From contig NW_027271384.1 in NCBI RefSeq assembly GCF_040938485.1, forward strand, positions 1,736,001 through 1,800,000: a stretch of 64,000 nt of DNA, read 5' to 3'. Below, piece by piece: positions 35,348 to 49,068 of this stretch. This stretch comes from Diadema antillarum. Its lineage: Eukaryota. Made by a program: the position numbers and the translations under genes. Position 1 is the first letter of the stretch, and each line of letters opens with the position of its first letter. Under the pieces are notes generated by a model. The model was given only the letters and a program-made list of their open reading frames with translations. It had not been told where the DNA came from and did no database searches.

Positions 35348-36001
35348 AACTAGAATTATCACTGAACGTGATTAATACCCCCGCCCCTAGTGTTGCTTTA
35401 TAGTATGTGATGTCATGAGGGCAATGACGTTAATACCAAGTTTGTGCACTTGTCGAATTGGAAACAGAATAATTTTAGTTTACTGTACAATTACAGAGTT
35501 GACACTGAGTATAAAACTTACAGCAAATGGAAACATGCTTTCCCACAGCATCACTACACTTAAAGACCATCATACACACCAAATTTGACCTTCATAGCTT
35601 GAATGGTTTATTTTGATACAAAAATGAGTGGTTACCATGGCAACACATTTTTCTTATATTAACACATCAGTGTCTTGCATAACTACACCTCCCGATCATC
35701 ACACATACTAAATTTGACCTTAATTGCTTGAATGATGTAAAAGTTATTCAATCCACAAGGTTTTGGTAAAATTATGGTTACCATGGCAACGCATTGTCCG
35801 ACAAACACAAAAAACATGTCTTGCACATCTATACCTCAATATCATCATTTACCCTAAGTTTCAGTTAAATTGCTTCAAAACTGTAGGAGTTCGCGACGCA
35901 AGATTTTGCAACGGACCGACCGCCCGCCCACCCATTCGCCCGACCAACATCACGGTGATTCCTATATACCCCCTTCACACTATGTGTGGCGGGGGGTATA
36001 A
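35348..36001. mobile_element. HINE family 1, copy B
   Basis: Same termini, subTIR and interior as 4940-6083; lacks the nested MITE and part of the internal repeats. Confidence 0.75.
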
Positions 36002-36861
36002 TGATGGACTCAAGGCTTTAAGTACATAACAAATAAGAGAGTAAAATATGATAGAATCAACTGAAAGCAATGCTTGTAAGTACTAGTCGGTTTCTTCATT
36101 TGAGCGCACATTAAGTTTATATAAGAGAGAACAGAATTCTTGAAACAAAAGTTTCTGTTATCCATTAAGATAAAAATGTTCAATTTTTGCTTCGAATAAT
36201 TAATAATGATAAACAACAAAGGGGAAAAGAGACAAAAACAAGGTAAAGTGTATCATGTTCAAATACTTTTTGTAAGCATCTCTTTAATACAGGGTTGAGA
36301 AAGAATACATGGACATGTCAAACTGGATCTCAATTTGCCTGAATGCTGATGAAGAGACAATGTTGTTATCAAGTTATCACATGAAATGAAAGTGGTGTCA
36401 TACCTTTTTAACAAGAAAGATTTTAATCTGCTTTTGAAAATGGGGGGGAATGGTTAATACCTGATGACCTCAGAGAGGCCATTCCAGACTTTAGGACCAT
36501 TATGCTCGATTGTTTTCCTTGGCAAAAACTGTTCTTGTTAGTGGTAAACGGAAAGAATGGCTTTGTCAGGTTGGTTTCTATGCATGGTTTACATAAGACA
36601 CTGGGGAAATCATCTGTGGATAACTCATGGATAAACACACCAATTTGCCATATTATAAAACAAGAATAAATTCCCTATTTTGTATACTTTATTTGAAAAG
36701 ATTAAGTTGTTCACTATTCTAATGGCATAATGAAGTATGAGCATTCTATTTCACTTTCCATAGGTGCGAGGCAAGTTCGGGGGTGAAATCAGTATTTCCA
36801 AGGACTCCCATGTCATATATATTCTCGATTAGTTATAATATTCTACACATCCAGAACTTAC

Positions 36862-37007
36862 CTGCGCAAGGGTGTGAAAGTTTGCAAGATGTCTACCACA
36901 GTCGTAGAACACACCCGGAGGGACAGGCTCCAGGGAACTCAGCAGTTGGCCAGGTAAGTAATTTAGGAGAACTACCATATGTGAGCTTTCCTTCACTTCT
37001 TCAGGGT
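36862..37007 (-). CDS. HYKK: HYKK-like exon 3
   Basis: TTTTTTTCCAG acceptor. DPEEVKESSHMVVLLNYLPGQLL...GRHLANFHTLAQ; GTAAGT donor (phase 0). Confidence 0.9.
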
Positions 37008-38136
37008 CTGGAAAAAAAAGGGAAAAAGGAAAACAAACAAAAACAAGTAGAAAATCTTCTTCATGTTTCACATGGGGCAGTAGTATACAAATATTGACTG
37101 CTCGTAAGGATGATGGTGGAAATTATCATTCCCAAGGTGTTTGTCATACCGACCCTTCCATCGATAATTTCCACCACCATCCGAATATAGAGTAGTTGAT
37201 ATTTGTTTTATATACCTCATCGTTTAAGACTTAATCAAGATCTAGGGCTAGGCAAAAACGAAGTAATCTAACTGTTTAGTGTTAGGCCTAGCCCTAAAAT
37301 CAGGCCACAGCGCTCGCTTGCATGGTTTTCATGCATTTCGTAGTCTGCCCAGTACGCACGGTACTCACTCACGGTCACACTGCCTTCGGCGAGCTCCTGC
37401 ATAAAATCTTGGCAGAAAATTACAGTATACATCCAGTTTCTCGTCGCTTGTGTTTTAATTCGATATTTCCAACATGCTGAGATTTGTCTCTGCTTCGGGA
37501 TCCTAAGAAATCCTAAAGACAAAGTGTACGATCTTTGATTCAACTCACTTCAAATCATGGAGGAGCGCGAGATCACCATGCCATGTTGAAGTACTGCTTG
37601 CTATGCGCTAGTGCGATGATTGTGCACATGTGTTGTATACGATGCGCGTAGTGAACGTCCTTGGAGGGGTTACGGGGTTACTTGTTATGTGTACAAAAGT
37701 CGCGGAGGGTTTACGGATTCTATCACAAGGGTTTTGACTTACTATCACGAGGGTTTTGCCTTTCTATCACTTACATGAAAACAATAAGGCAAGATAGACG
37801 GGACTACACCTTGTCACGTGATATACTTTTGACCAATCAGTGATACGAATCTCACTTATGAGGTACTTTGGTATATAATACTGTGTGTTGACTGTTGCTA
37901 GTCACCTAGGACAAACAAGGCATCTGCATCATATACCCCTTTGTCCAGTGTGTGTGACAGGCCATTTCACCAAGTTTATTCCCTGATAAACTCATGTAGA
38001 TTATGGTAGGATGCTGGAAGAAGCTGGCATGATGTAAGTTTCAAGGGTTGGTATAGTACTCTAGTATTGGTGGAGATATGATGATTGGGCTCACAGTGTA
38101 TAACTTTATGCGGGAAACCAAGAAACCCCTTATGAA

Positions 38137-38445
38137 GTTAACATAGAGCATACCATTCTAAGAGGAATTCAAAGTTTATTACACAGAAATCGGTTTTGGA
38201 ATGGCTGAGACATCCAAAAACAAAGCAAAACAAAGCAATCCTAATAAAAGGTGGGTCCCACCTTTTATTAGGATTGCTTTGCTTTGGATATCTCAGACAT
38301 TTCAAAAACAATTTTCATCAAATAAATGTTGAATCCCTCTTGAAATTACATGCTCTTTCATATTTCAGAAGAGGTATCTCATTATCTCACCAAAAATGTT
38401 AGAAACGTGAAGTTAGGTCTCAACCAACACTATATGATCCCTTTC
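38137..38445. mobile_element. Kolobok-like MITE, copy 3 (left end truncated)
   Basis: Shares the GGCTGAGA(C/T)ATCC, AAACAAAG and TTTTATTA blocks with the 24684 and 27927 copies. Confidence 0.5.
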
Positions 38446-39342
38446 AAGTCTTGTTGCTGATTTATAAGAATTTGGAGGTTTGCTCCTTGATCCTGGGGAT
38501 GTGTGAAGTGATGTCACTTACTACACATGCGTCACCTGCGACTTTCACAAACGTGATGGCCATTATACATGCATGTCTTATCTGAGGAAGAGTGTTTGAA
38601 ATGTTGCTGGAGAGGGGGGATGGGTAGCTAACATATGACATCCCAGAGCTGATTGTAAGTGGATTGATAAAAACACACACACATAAATTATATTTATAAA
38701 CAAAAACAAAATTATACTGGTCATTTCAAAGTAAGAGATACTGACTGCACAACTGCAATGTGAAGCAATACACTATCAACTGTCAACACTATGACTTATC
38801 CTCACAATACATACTTTCTTGAGGTGTATATTTTTTTTTTCTGCCTACAATCATAAAATAGCTGTACAATGCACAATGGTACTATTTCTGCTTAGCTGTA
38901 CACTTTCCCCTTCAATTTACTTTGAGCAAAAATTTCCAACTATTGAACACCTCTGCCCTGATAGAAAAAAGAATACTAAGTTAAAATTGGGAAAGGAACA
39001 CTGGGTCCTATAAAACAGCATGGACAGAGCTAATTTGGAAAGTTGGAAAATCCAAGACCAAAATGAATCTTCTTCACTATTTTTACACTTTTATCATGAC
39101 AGTTAGAATATATACATCTGATAATGACTTTGAACCTATACAAGGGTATTTACCTTTCAACTGCATTACACTGACGGACAAATATTCATTTCACAGAATT
39201 AAAGCCAAATATTCCTTCACTCAAATACAATGCTAGTCATAATATGACATTGACACTGCCGATATTTAAACCTTCTTCCTGACAGCCATGTTTAAGCAAT
39301 TCCATTTCAAGGCAAACGATTGTACGGGGAAGAAGCACTTAC

Positions 39343-39505
39343 CAGAACCACCATTGTCCATCGCTATTTTTTCCAGGTGCAGCAACTTTCCATGTTGACT
39401 TGTGATGGGGAGTGGGCAGCTGAACCCCTTTTGCCACAGATAGGCCATTGTGTTCACAGCCAGTTCCACCCTGTTCCCATCCAGAGAGTCCTTTGAGTTG
39501 TAAAT
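39343..39505 (-). CDS. HYKK: HYKK-like exon 2
   Basis: CCAAG acceptor. IYNSKDS...MAYLWQKGFSCPLPI; GTAAGT donor (phase 1). Confidence 0.88.
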
Positions 39506-40261
39506 CTTGGTGCAAAATTGATCAAACCAAGACCGATACATACAAGCACATTTATGGCAATGACACGTCACCATCATTGATACTGTATTTGAATTAACCT
39601 CAACCTGAACCTGAACATATCAGGGATCAAAACTAACTTTCTTGTCTGGAGGCCCATTCGGGTCACTAAAATCTTGAAATCAGAAATTTTGGTGGCCCGA
39701 AGAAGGTATGTAGTGGCTCAAAACTAAAGCAAAAACAATAATCCATTTTGAATCTTATAGTTGCCTGATCAGGCCATCAAAAGACAAATCTGGTGACCTG
39801 GCAATAATTTTGGGGGGCCACTAGGCCATCGCTTTATGTATCAATTGTTTACACATTTTTGCTCTAGTAAGTTTTCCACATATATTTTTCCACTCCACAT
39901 ACATTATATTTTCTTTGATCAACATCCGATGAAATGTCATCAGTTCCCACCCACCCCCACAAGCACACACTATGACATTTTTTTTTAAATCACAGAATTT
40001 AATGATTTATTTGAAAAGGTGCTGGATTCCTATAAAATGTGTGAAAATAATAATAAATTATCAAATAAATCAAAAATTGAACAAAGAAAATGGAATTCCA
40101 TTAGGATTAGACCCCGAGTCCTCCAGATGCTAGCCATAAACCAGGATGTAAATTATCAATATGTGTGTATTGTGTGTGCTTTACACACACACACTACAAT
40201 AGCTTCTGACCAAACAAGCATTATTGAGAATTGAGGGTTTCTGGGATGGACACTGTCCTAG

Positions 40262-40345
40262 GGCTCTCTATTGCTCAGTCGGTAGAGCACAGGGCTAGCA
40301 TCCACAGGTCTTGGGTCGAATCCCGATGGAATTCCATTTTTTTTT
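40262..40345 (+). pseudogene. tRNA-like sequence (degenerate tRNA or SINE head)
   Basis: A box TTGCTCAGTCGGTAGAGC, B box GGTCGAATCCC and a downstream T run. Acceptor and anticodon stems pair poorly. Confidence 0.55.
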
Positions 40346-40930
40346 TCTCAATTCTCACTTATAAATTATATGCATTTCTGGTCAGTTTCCTTTTATTTGC
40401 ACTTCTTACATATTCAAAATAATAAATAGTGAGCTTGGAACTGAAATACCTGGTACCATTAGATTTCAAGAGTAGTGTGTTGGTACAAATCGTGTATCAT
40501 TGCATTTTCCAACAACATGTACCGTGGTACATACTGTACATGTCTATATGTCTTCAGAAAATATCCCAAATTTCCACAAGATGAAGACAGTTTTGAGTTT
40601 ATTTGCCACTCTGCAATAAACATTAGTCTTTTAATGACAGATATGGAGTTAAAGCTTTCAAATAAATATAATCAACAACATCACTGTCTGGAGGTCAGAT
40701 ATATGTCAATGGATAGGCCTAATGTTGCAAACCTTGACTCTCACGTGTCCAATACACCCCAATCATCACGAGTGGTTCAACCTCGTTTTATCAGATTTAG
40801 AGCAACTACTTATTAATATACAGTGGGTCTATTTTCTGAGCCATCCTTTTTTTCCCCTACACAAAGAAACATCTGGCCAGAAAAGATAAAGTCTTGCAGT
40901 GAAGTGCTTTTGCATTTTGCTCGAGAATAC

Positions 40931-41131
40931 CTTGAGAATAAACTGGCTGGAACTGAGCTGGCGATCTCCGTCCCCCACAGTCACTGGTGTGCCAAGGTCG
41001 ATGAGAAAGTTGCGATCTGCAAAGCTGTTCAATTCTTCAGCCTCCTTAGCCCTGTGGCCATAGAGCTTTTCAAGGAGGCGGCATGCTAAGGTCTTTGAGA
41101 TGACAGGCCGTTGGGAATTCTCCTCGTCCAT
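40931..41131 (-). CDS. HYKK: HYKK-like first coding exon
   Basis: MDEENSQRPVIS...LYG...EELNSFADRNF...FILK (the ATP-binding Lys). GT donor at 40930 (phase 0). The joined CDS is 1152 nt, 383 aa. Confidence 0.88.
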
Positions 41132-42149
41132 GCTCCTTGCTAGGGTCCTACATGCACCAAAGAACCAAATAACACAGTTATACTGTGCTCCTTGTACACA
41201 GTTAACTGTGGGAGCTTCGTGTTCGGCGTTCGGGCTGTGTTTCGCAGTTAGCAGCTCTCAAGTCTAATACCAAGGAAGGTTTGTTGGAAACCAGGATATG
41301 CTACTCCTAGGGTCTTGACTAAGCAGAAAAATCCATCTGACCGGAGTGAGTTTTTCTTTTTTAATCATCTTTTCTTTCTTTTTTTAAAATTATTATGGCT
41401 CTCCCAAGGCCTTTTCTTTGAAACTCAATAAACGTTCCTCGTCCTTCCTGCACAGCAGGCATGCAGACAATTTGGAGATGCCGATCCATAAATGGTCTCC
41501 ATCTCCATCCATGTCAACGTGTCCCACGTCCACAGGCCAAACTGCTAGCAGGGTAGTAGGCATGCAGCACATCGGGCAATAGCCAATGCTCGCAATGGCC
41601 AAGCTACCCCGGGGCCCAGGAAACTACACCTGTCTTCATAGATCTGCCTGGCGATTTGTCAGGCCTCTAAAAGACAGCAGTCTTGACTCTTGTAGCACCC
41701 TCCCACTTTCAGCTAACTGCGACTAGCCCAAACGCTTCACGTTTGGGTTTCCACAGAATAACTGTGTTACAACTCAAGGAACACCCTGGGGTTAACTTTC
41801 ACTAGTTTCAGCAAGCTTCCACTGACACTGATCACTGTATGTCAAACTCGAATATCTTGATTTCTCTATTGCAGCTTCTTTATCACAGCTACGCCCATAA
41901 CCCCTGGGTGCTCCTTGTACACAGTTATACTGTGGAATGCTTCGCATTTGGCATTCGGCATTCGGGCTGTGTTTTGCAATTAAAATTACTACGCCCAGTG
42001 AAAAAGTTTGGACGAAACGCCACGCCCACACTTAATACTTATCATTAAGAATAAGAAGAAAACAAAATAAAGAAGACTAACGTTAGACTGGCTAAAGTAA
42101 AGAATTCGTACAGAAACAGAAGATGATAAGACTACGAGAGGATACTCGG

Positions 42150-42720
42150 CCTCGGATCACAAAATTCACATAATAAACAGTTAAGTTGAGCACACTTGCA
42201 CTCGCTCGCACTCTACTCTCTATCTCATCTGCTGACTGACGTCGCCTTGACAGTGTGCAGTGATTACCGCGTGGCCGTGGACAGTCAATTCAGAGCAGAA
42301 GAGGCACACAGCAGACGCTGTCTTGGTTAACACGAAATGATGTTTTGGACTTGGGTTCATTCAGGCCGTTGATAGCTGCCAACACTACAGTAACACATGT
42401 CATCTTCTCACTATTAAAAAATTATTGGTTCTATGTGTACACTTGCACTTGTTGGTCGTTGATACGGGCATCGACAGCATCAGGTTCAACTCATTAGCGG
42501 CACCTTTTCTTCTTCAAGCTTTCTTCCGGTAAACTGTGCATCAGCAGCAGCCAGCGCGCACAGCCAGTTGCCGTCGACCGACACCCACCCACCGGCGCGG
42601 CGAGCCCCTCGCTCGCGACCGACCGAACTTCTGGGAACACCACACTCGTACACCACACTTCAGCTGCCCTCACTTCACAACGATACATGCACGAGACGCC
42701 GCGATGCACGAGAATACTAA
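42150..42720. promoter_or_regulatory. CpG-rich candidate shared (bidirectional) promoter of the HYKK-like and UBAP2-like genes
   Basis: Local CpG/GC enrichment between head-to-head genes. Outward-facing donor-like sites lie at about 42265 (-) and 42529 (+). Inference only. Confidence 0.35.
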
Positions 42721-44916
42721 ATACATTTAAAGGGCCACGATTAGACCAAACGATTAATTACAGGGGCTTGCAATAATCTTCAAGGAGCTAAATCAAAATT
42801 AGGTTGGAAAAATTCATTTTAGTTATTTTGTGTTACTTAAAAATATTGATGGTTATTCAACTAGGGGATTTGCATTGTCTATATATAGCTAAGATGTATG
42901 AATAATATTATCCGAGAACTATAAAACCAGGGAGGTGGAATGTACCTCCCTGATAAAACTCCCTATTATCAAATTCATTTTCCCGGAAGTAATCGTCTGG
43001 CCGCCGCGAAATATTTTGACCTTTGTCACGTGACATAAGGCTTTGTGAACCATCGGATCTCAATTTCTTGAGAAAGGTAAGTGCGAATTTAGAGACTTTC
43101 TTGCGAAACCGGCAAAATATGTGTATTTCAGTGAATTTACTCCTTAGATATTGAGCGATCCACCATCTTGAATGATTTTTGATTCGCAAGGTAGGAGCCA
43201 TATGGAATTTGGTTCCAAAATACGGTCATAAAAGAGATTTTCCGTGAGCCCTACATGTGATGTTTCTCACGTTGTTATTGTTCCTTCTGTGTGTTCGCAT
43301 GCCGTACCGTGTGTGTGTGTACGTGTGTGTGTGATGGGCAATCCAATGATGTCACCCCGACGTCGCTTGCTTGCATGGCATGTTGCTGGCTACATGGATT
43401 CTACAGAAGCGTGGATGGGCGAATGCAAACGTATACCCGGGTATGCAAACTGTGGCTTCGAGCTTCGTGTGTCGTGCCACTTTAAACGGGTTCTCCTATT
43501 TAGATTTTTTTTTTTTTTTTTCACTGATGGAGACGGGCCGCCCCGCGGTGTCCTTATGACCAATGTCACTCATGTCCATGATCATAGAAGACGACTTACT
43601 AGTTACCTCTAGACGTCTATCTGGGAAACTGTTCATGAAGAGGGCTCTGGAGTCTGGCTCATGAGGATTCCTCCTCCTCGAGCATCATGCTCATGAGCAT
43701 GGCCGGGGTGCTCATGAGACCCCCGGGCGAGATGCTCATGAGGTCACGTCCCCTGTTCACTTATCATCCATCTCGCATCTGACATCAATATATTGTCGCA
43801 AGTTCACTGTGATTTTTTTGTTACATAGACATGTTCACTCTCCATGATGAAAAGGAAAAAAAAATTCTGTCTGCGCTTTTTGACACAAAAAATCAAGTTT
43901 CAGTTAACCGATGTGTGCAGCCGCCCAACGAAACACAAGTGCCAGCGGGTTCATTCAATGCAGGGCTGCCACACCTATACACAGTGTTTGTAGTTCTCTG
44001 CCTGATCCGACTCGAAATTTTCTGTGTTTTTTTTTCTCACCTCTCGACCTACGTACATGTATGTAGCTCTCCGTGCATGAATCAGCAGATCAGCCCCATG
44101 AAAGCGAGTCTGACATCATTCTACAAATATTTGTAAAGAGAAAAAATCAGAACTAACCCGATCTTGTGCATGTATTCCAAATTAATACTAACGTTAAATT
44201 CTATTCGATATTCCACACTGATAGAGTAGTTGGGTACTCGAATTTGTCGGCAAACTAATCACTTTGTAGGTGTTATGGGTTCACTTTCTTTGTGAATGCC
44301 GCCATCCATCGGCTATGGGCACCTTTTGTGCAAGTTTCCTGCTGCAGACAGCACGCAAGCCATGCAAGCTGTGGGGTTTTCAGAGTGAGCTTGCGTACGC
44401 ATGGTGTGAGATTTCTGTACATAGGACGGCTTATGCACTGTCTGCGCTGAATGCCACGGGATGCTTGCATGACAGGCGCCCAAAGGCTTGTGGATGGCAG
44501 AATTCATTAAGAAAGTGAACCTGTAATACCTGCAAAGTGATTAGCTTGCTGACAAATTTGGTACCAACCTACTGTATCGGTGTGGATGCACAAGATCAGC
44601 TCGGGTTAGTTCTGATGCTATTTTTTTGGAAAGACTTACATATGTACCCCCTGCTAAAATTGCGTGAAAAAAGCTCTAGGTTGACATTCTACAAAAGGGC
44701 GATAATTTTGATGGGGGTTAGGTGAAAAATGGGCGTGGTATTTTTTAGGGGGGTTATTTCTAGAAAAAAAAACATCAAAAAAGTGTTTTCTCTCCTCTCC
44801 CGACCCCTTCCTTCTCTCTCTCTCTCTTTCCCTTTCTCCTTCTTTTTGTCTCTCCTTTTGACGATCGCCATCTCAGAGGACTTCCTGCAATGTACCGTAA
44901 AGACAAACATGACATA

Positions 44917-46271
44917 CAGTGCACTCCCGTTACAACGAACACGGTTATAACGAAGTAGAACTTATGGTCCCAAAAATTATCGCCGTTAAAGTCTATGGTG
45001 CTAAATTCTCTTGTAACGAACATGGTATAGTGAAATGTTCATTATAACAAAATCTTTTTGAGCGCCATGGACAAAAGCAAAAGAAATGTGCTCCATTATA
45101 AAGAAATGCGGATAGATTTAAAAAAAACATAGCGGAACAAGCATTTAAAGATTGTCTCTGCGTAGGCGAATGCTCCACCTCACTCTGCGTTTGTTCCCCG
45201 TGTTACGCATCGTTTTTGAGAGGAACCTTCATTACTATAATACGTTTATCTGGAATGAAATAAGGTGTGTTTTTCGAAGGTTTTTATTACGAAATACACA
45301 AATTCTGATATACCTAGATGTTCTTTTAAAAAGGGTTCCTTATTACGAACACTGGGGCGTTATTCTGAAGGTTCATTGTTAATTTTATAAGGTTCGTTAA
45401 TCCGACAATAAAATAAGGTTCTTACCACAAAGGTTTGCCTATACCGAAAATGATAGGAATCTCCTGCTATTCAAAATGCTCGTTAATCGGAACATGGAAA
45501 AAAAAGTTTGTTCATTAATTCAAAACTGGAAAAGGCAAATTTAATGACAACCTTCGGAATTACAAACTTATAGTCTTCGGATAAACGAACCTTCGAAAAA
45601 GGAACCTTTGTCATTTTTGAATTGACAAACCTTCGGGATAACAAACCTTATTTCATTTTCGGATTAACGAACCTTCGGAATAGCGAACCTCTCTCCAGAA
45701 TTAGCAAACCTTCGAAATAAAGGAGCTTATTCATTTTTTGGGATAAACAAACTTTTGGAAAACGAACCTTATATCTCTTCTGGATACAATAGTACGAACT
45801 TTTGGAATAACGAATCTTCAGATGAGTGAAGCTTCAGAATAACAAACCTCATTTAATTTTGGATTAAGGAACTATTGGAATAACAATCCTTTGGAATGGT
45901 GAACCTTCAGAATAAGGAGCCTTTGAGGTACTGAACCTTAGTTATAACAAACCTTTGAAATAACGAACTGTAACCAAATCCTAAACCACCATTTTCTATA
46001 GGGCCTACAAGTACATGTGTTTTGATACTAGGCATGACAGTACAAACAACTTTATGCTCTCTCTTAAATGTAACATTAAACGAAATAATAATATATAGCA
46101 TTCCATTTGACATAACTTTCCAGTGTATGATGAATATACTTAATAAATAAAACACCTATGCGTAGTTGCGTGTTTTCATCATAATCTGTATTTGTTCGGT
46201 TATAACGAAATTTTGTCATAATGAAAGAAAACTGCCGGTCTCGAGGATTTCGTTATAACGGGAGTGCACTG
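44917..46271. mobile_element. Long pogo/Tigger-like MITE containing a degenerate tandem array
   Basis: TIR CAGTGCACTCCCGTTA(C/T)AACGA at both ends with TA flanks. About 45560-45960 is made of AACGAACCTTCGGAAT-like units. Confidence 0.8.
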
Positions 46272-47242
46272 TAATAGATAGAGGAAACATTTTGACATAG
46301 CATACTGTCGGGTCCGGGTCTCAAACTCACTATCATGAGTATCTGAGCCCAGTGCGCTCACGATCGTGCTGCATGATGAGTTGCAACAGAGGAAATTCAT
46401 GAGAAATATACAATGTATCAACTGTACTATGCTCACCGTAGATGGCGCTATTTGCATACTTTCTTCCGAGTCGTCTGCCTTATATTGTTTGCATAATAGG
46501 TGCAGTCTCAGCAAATGAAAGGAGACCTCCAGATGATTTTAAGATTTTTACATTTGATCAACTATAAATTAGTTATAATAGGCATTTTCACATCAGCCCG
46601 ATAAAAATCCAAGCTCGAGATATTTTTTAATTTCCCAAGTCAGAAAATAGCGCGCTATTTCGAAACATCGGGCTGATGTCAAAACGCCTACTGAGGACAG
46701 AGTTTCAGAATTTATGATAATTGGGATGCAGAATAATATTTTCAAAATTTATAACAAATTGCAATGAACAACGATGATGACATGGTGACAGGGTCGCCAT
46801 AAGAATGCATGAGTTGGGGCACAACAAAAGAAGAAGGCATGCATAGATTATAAACAGGTGAACTTGCAAGCAAGCGGTATTGTAAGGGAATTACACTTCT
46901 ACATTTCTGAAATATGTGAGCCTCCTATGTCATCATCCTTGTTCAGTATAATTTGTTCAAAGTTTTTCAAAGTACATGTATTGTTTCTCTGCTCAAGAAC
47001 AACTATAAATCCCACAAATCTATTCATGTAGCTGTTGATTTATGTACTACATGATGTAAAATTATGATAATCGTTTGGAATGCCCCTTGAAGTTTCACCC
47101 CAGTACAGACCAACCTTTGACTTCTTCTAGTTTTGACTGTTTTTCAGGCAATTGAAGCATTATGTGCATAAAATCAAAACCATAGAAGGTTTATTAATTT
47201 ATACATGTAGGTGGATAAGAGTCTAATGTCACAGGGAATCGC

Positions 47243-47515
47243 GTAACCCAGGGGTGCGCGTCACCCTAGGACACCGGGGTGCGCGTCACCCTAGGACACT
47301 GGGGTGTGCTTCACCCTAGGATACCGGGGTCTGTGTCACCCTTGGACATCAGGGTCAATGTTACCCTAACACTAACCCTGACCCTAACCCTATAAGTAGG
47401 ACACCGGGTCCGCGTCACCCTAGGACATCGGGGTCCGCGTAACCCTAGGACACCGGGTCTGCGTAACCCTAGGACTGCAGGATCAACGTTACACTAACAC
47501 TGACCCTAACCCTAA
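47243..47515. repeat. 25-bp minisatellite interrupted by CCCTAA-like hexamers
   Basis: Units like GGGGTGCGCGTCACCCTAGGACACC (about 7) in two blocks, each followed by ACCCTAACACTAACCCTGACCCTAACCCT-type runs. Confidence 0.8.
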
Positions 47516-49068
47516 TCATAAGCTGTAACGTTAATATAACCATCAAAATAGAATTTTTACTTTCTGACCGTAAACCTGTACAAATATCTTGACTACTGGC
47601 ATTCTTCGTGTTGATTTGCATTTTGGTCACGGCCGAGTTGTCTAATAATTGCTGCGAGTTAAAAGTGCAAGTTACCTTCAACAACAAAGTATGGTGTCCA
47701 TCCATTGCATCAGGTCTTTGAACTGTACATTTCACTAGCAGTAAGAATCTATTTCTTTCATTGCCTGTTGGTACAGAGAACAATATATATAATTGATATA
47801 CAGATTATGTAGTTTAGCAGGATTTGCGTGCATTAGCATGCGGAGTTGATCAGAAATCCAATCTCTTGAAGAGATGTAAACACTGATTTGATGAGCTTCA
47901 GACTTTTTTTGTGTGTGAGACTTCTTGTGTGTTCCAGCAGTAGAGATACAATACAACTCTATGCTTTACTACAATGTGCAATGTATTCAGTGATGAAAAG
48001 AGGACCTCACAGTTTTAGAGTGATTGTTAGTGACTGAGGTATTAAAATCCTTCCTGCTGTCCCACCAATGGAGAATATTGCTTGTGAAATGGAATATTGT
48101 TTGACAAGTTTTTTTAAAGTAAGTTTTTCTTTTTCTTTTTTAATGTGACATAGAACTTGTGTGTACTGATGTACACTTCTTAAAGTGCATACTTCTAATA
48201 CTTGAGTGTGCACATGTTAGTATTAATGTTGCATTACTATGACTGCCATTAGTAGAATGTCTTTCCATACAAAGTTAGTGAATATTGAACCGGTACAGTA
48301 TGTTCAGCTGACACTATGTTTTGATTGTCACTGGCCACCATTTTTGCATCATATGAAACACTCAAAATGAACCTTCATATCGTAAGAAAAATCGATTGCA
48401 CTGAAATTTTCATTTTAATAACAAACTACTGTGTGTTTTCTAGTGAGTTTTCTGGAATAATTTACACCCAGTGAAGCGTGACAGCCTGTAGAACCGTGTT
48501 GTTTTTATGCCTCTGCCACGAAGTGGTGCCAGAGGCATTATTTCCCGATGTTTTGTAAGACATCCTTAAAGTCGTAATCGTCAATTGTGATTACAGAGCC
48601 CAACAGGGATACATTTTGTACAAAGTGTCTTTCACAGCCTGCTCTTGTCCTTGTGGGAGAAAGATATTCCTGTAATTTTTGGCATTAACTGAAAATGATA
48701 AAAGGGAGAATTCATCGTGACAAGAGGCTGTGCTGTGGAGAAAGGTCGGGAGACAAGCAGTTGTGAGCAGGATCAGACGGTACAATTCATGCAACGTGAT
48801 ACATACATGTCACAAGTGATGCTACATTTTCATTAGATATTCTCTGACGCGTTACTTTCTGTCGTACACAACTGTAGACACGCTGCATTGCAAAGTGTTT
48901 GTAAAATTTGTGCATTCACCGTAGCTCCTGCTCCAAAGTGACAAGCAGCATGTGATACAAGTGTATGAATGCATGCTGAGTGCATTATTCATTGCTTTTT
49001 GTTACAGCCTGCCATTTCAGTTTGGTGGTATTATGTTTCTTATCTACAGGGCTGTAGGTTACCTATTG

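Noticed and set aside
40262-40345. Functional tRNA-Ala(AGC) gene
   Set aside because: The promoter boxes are present, but the acceptor and anticodon stems do not pair.
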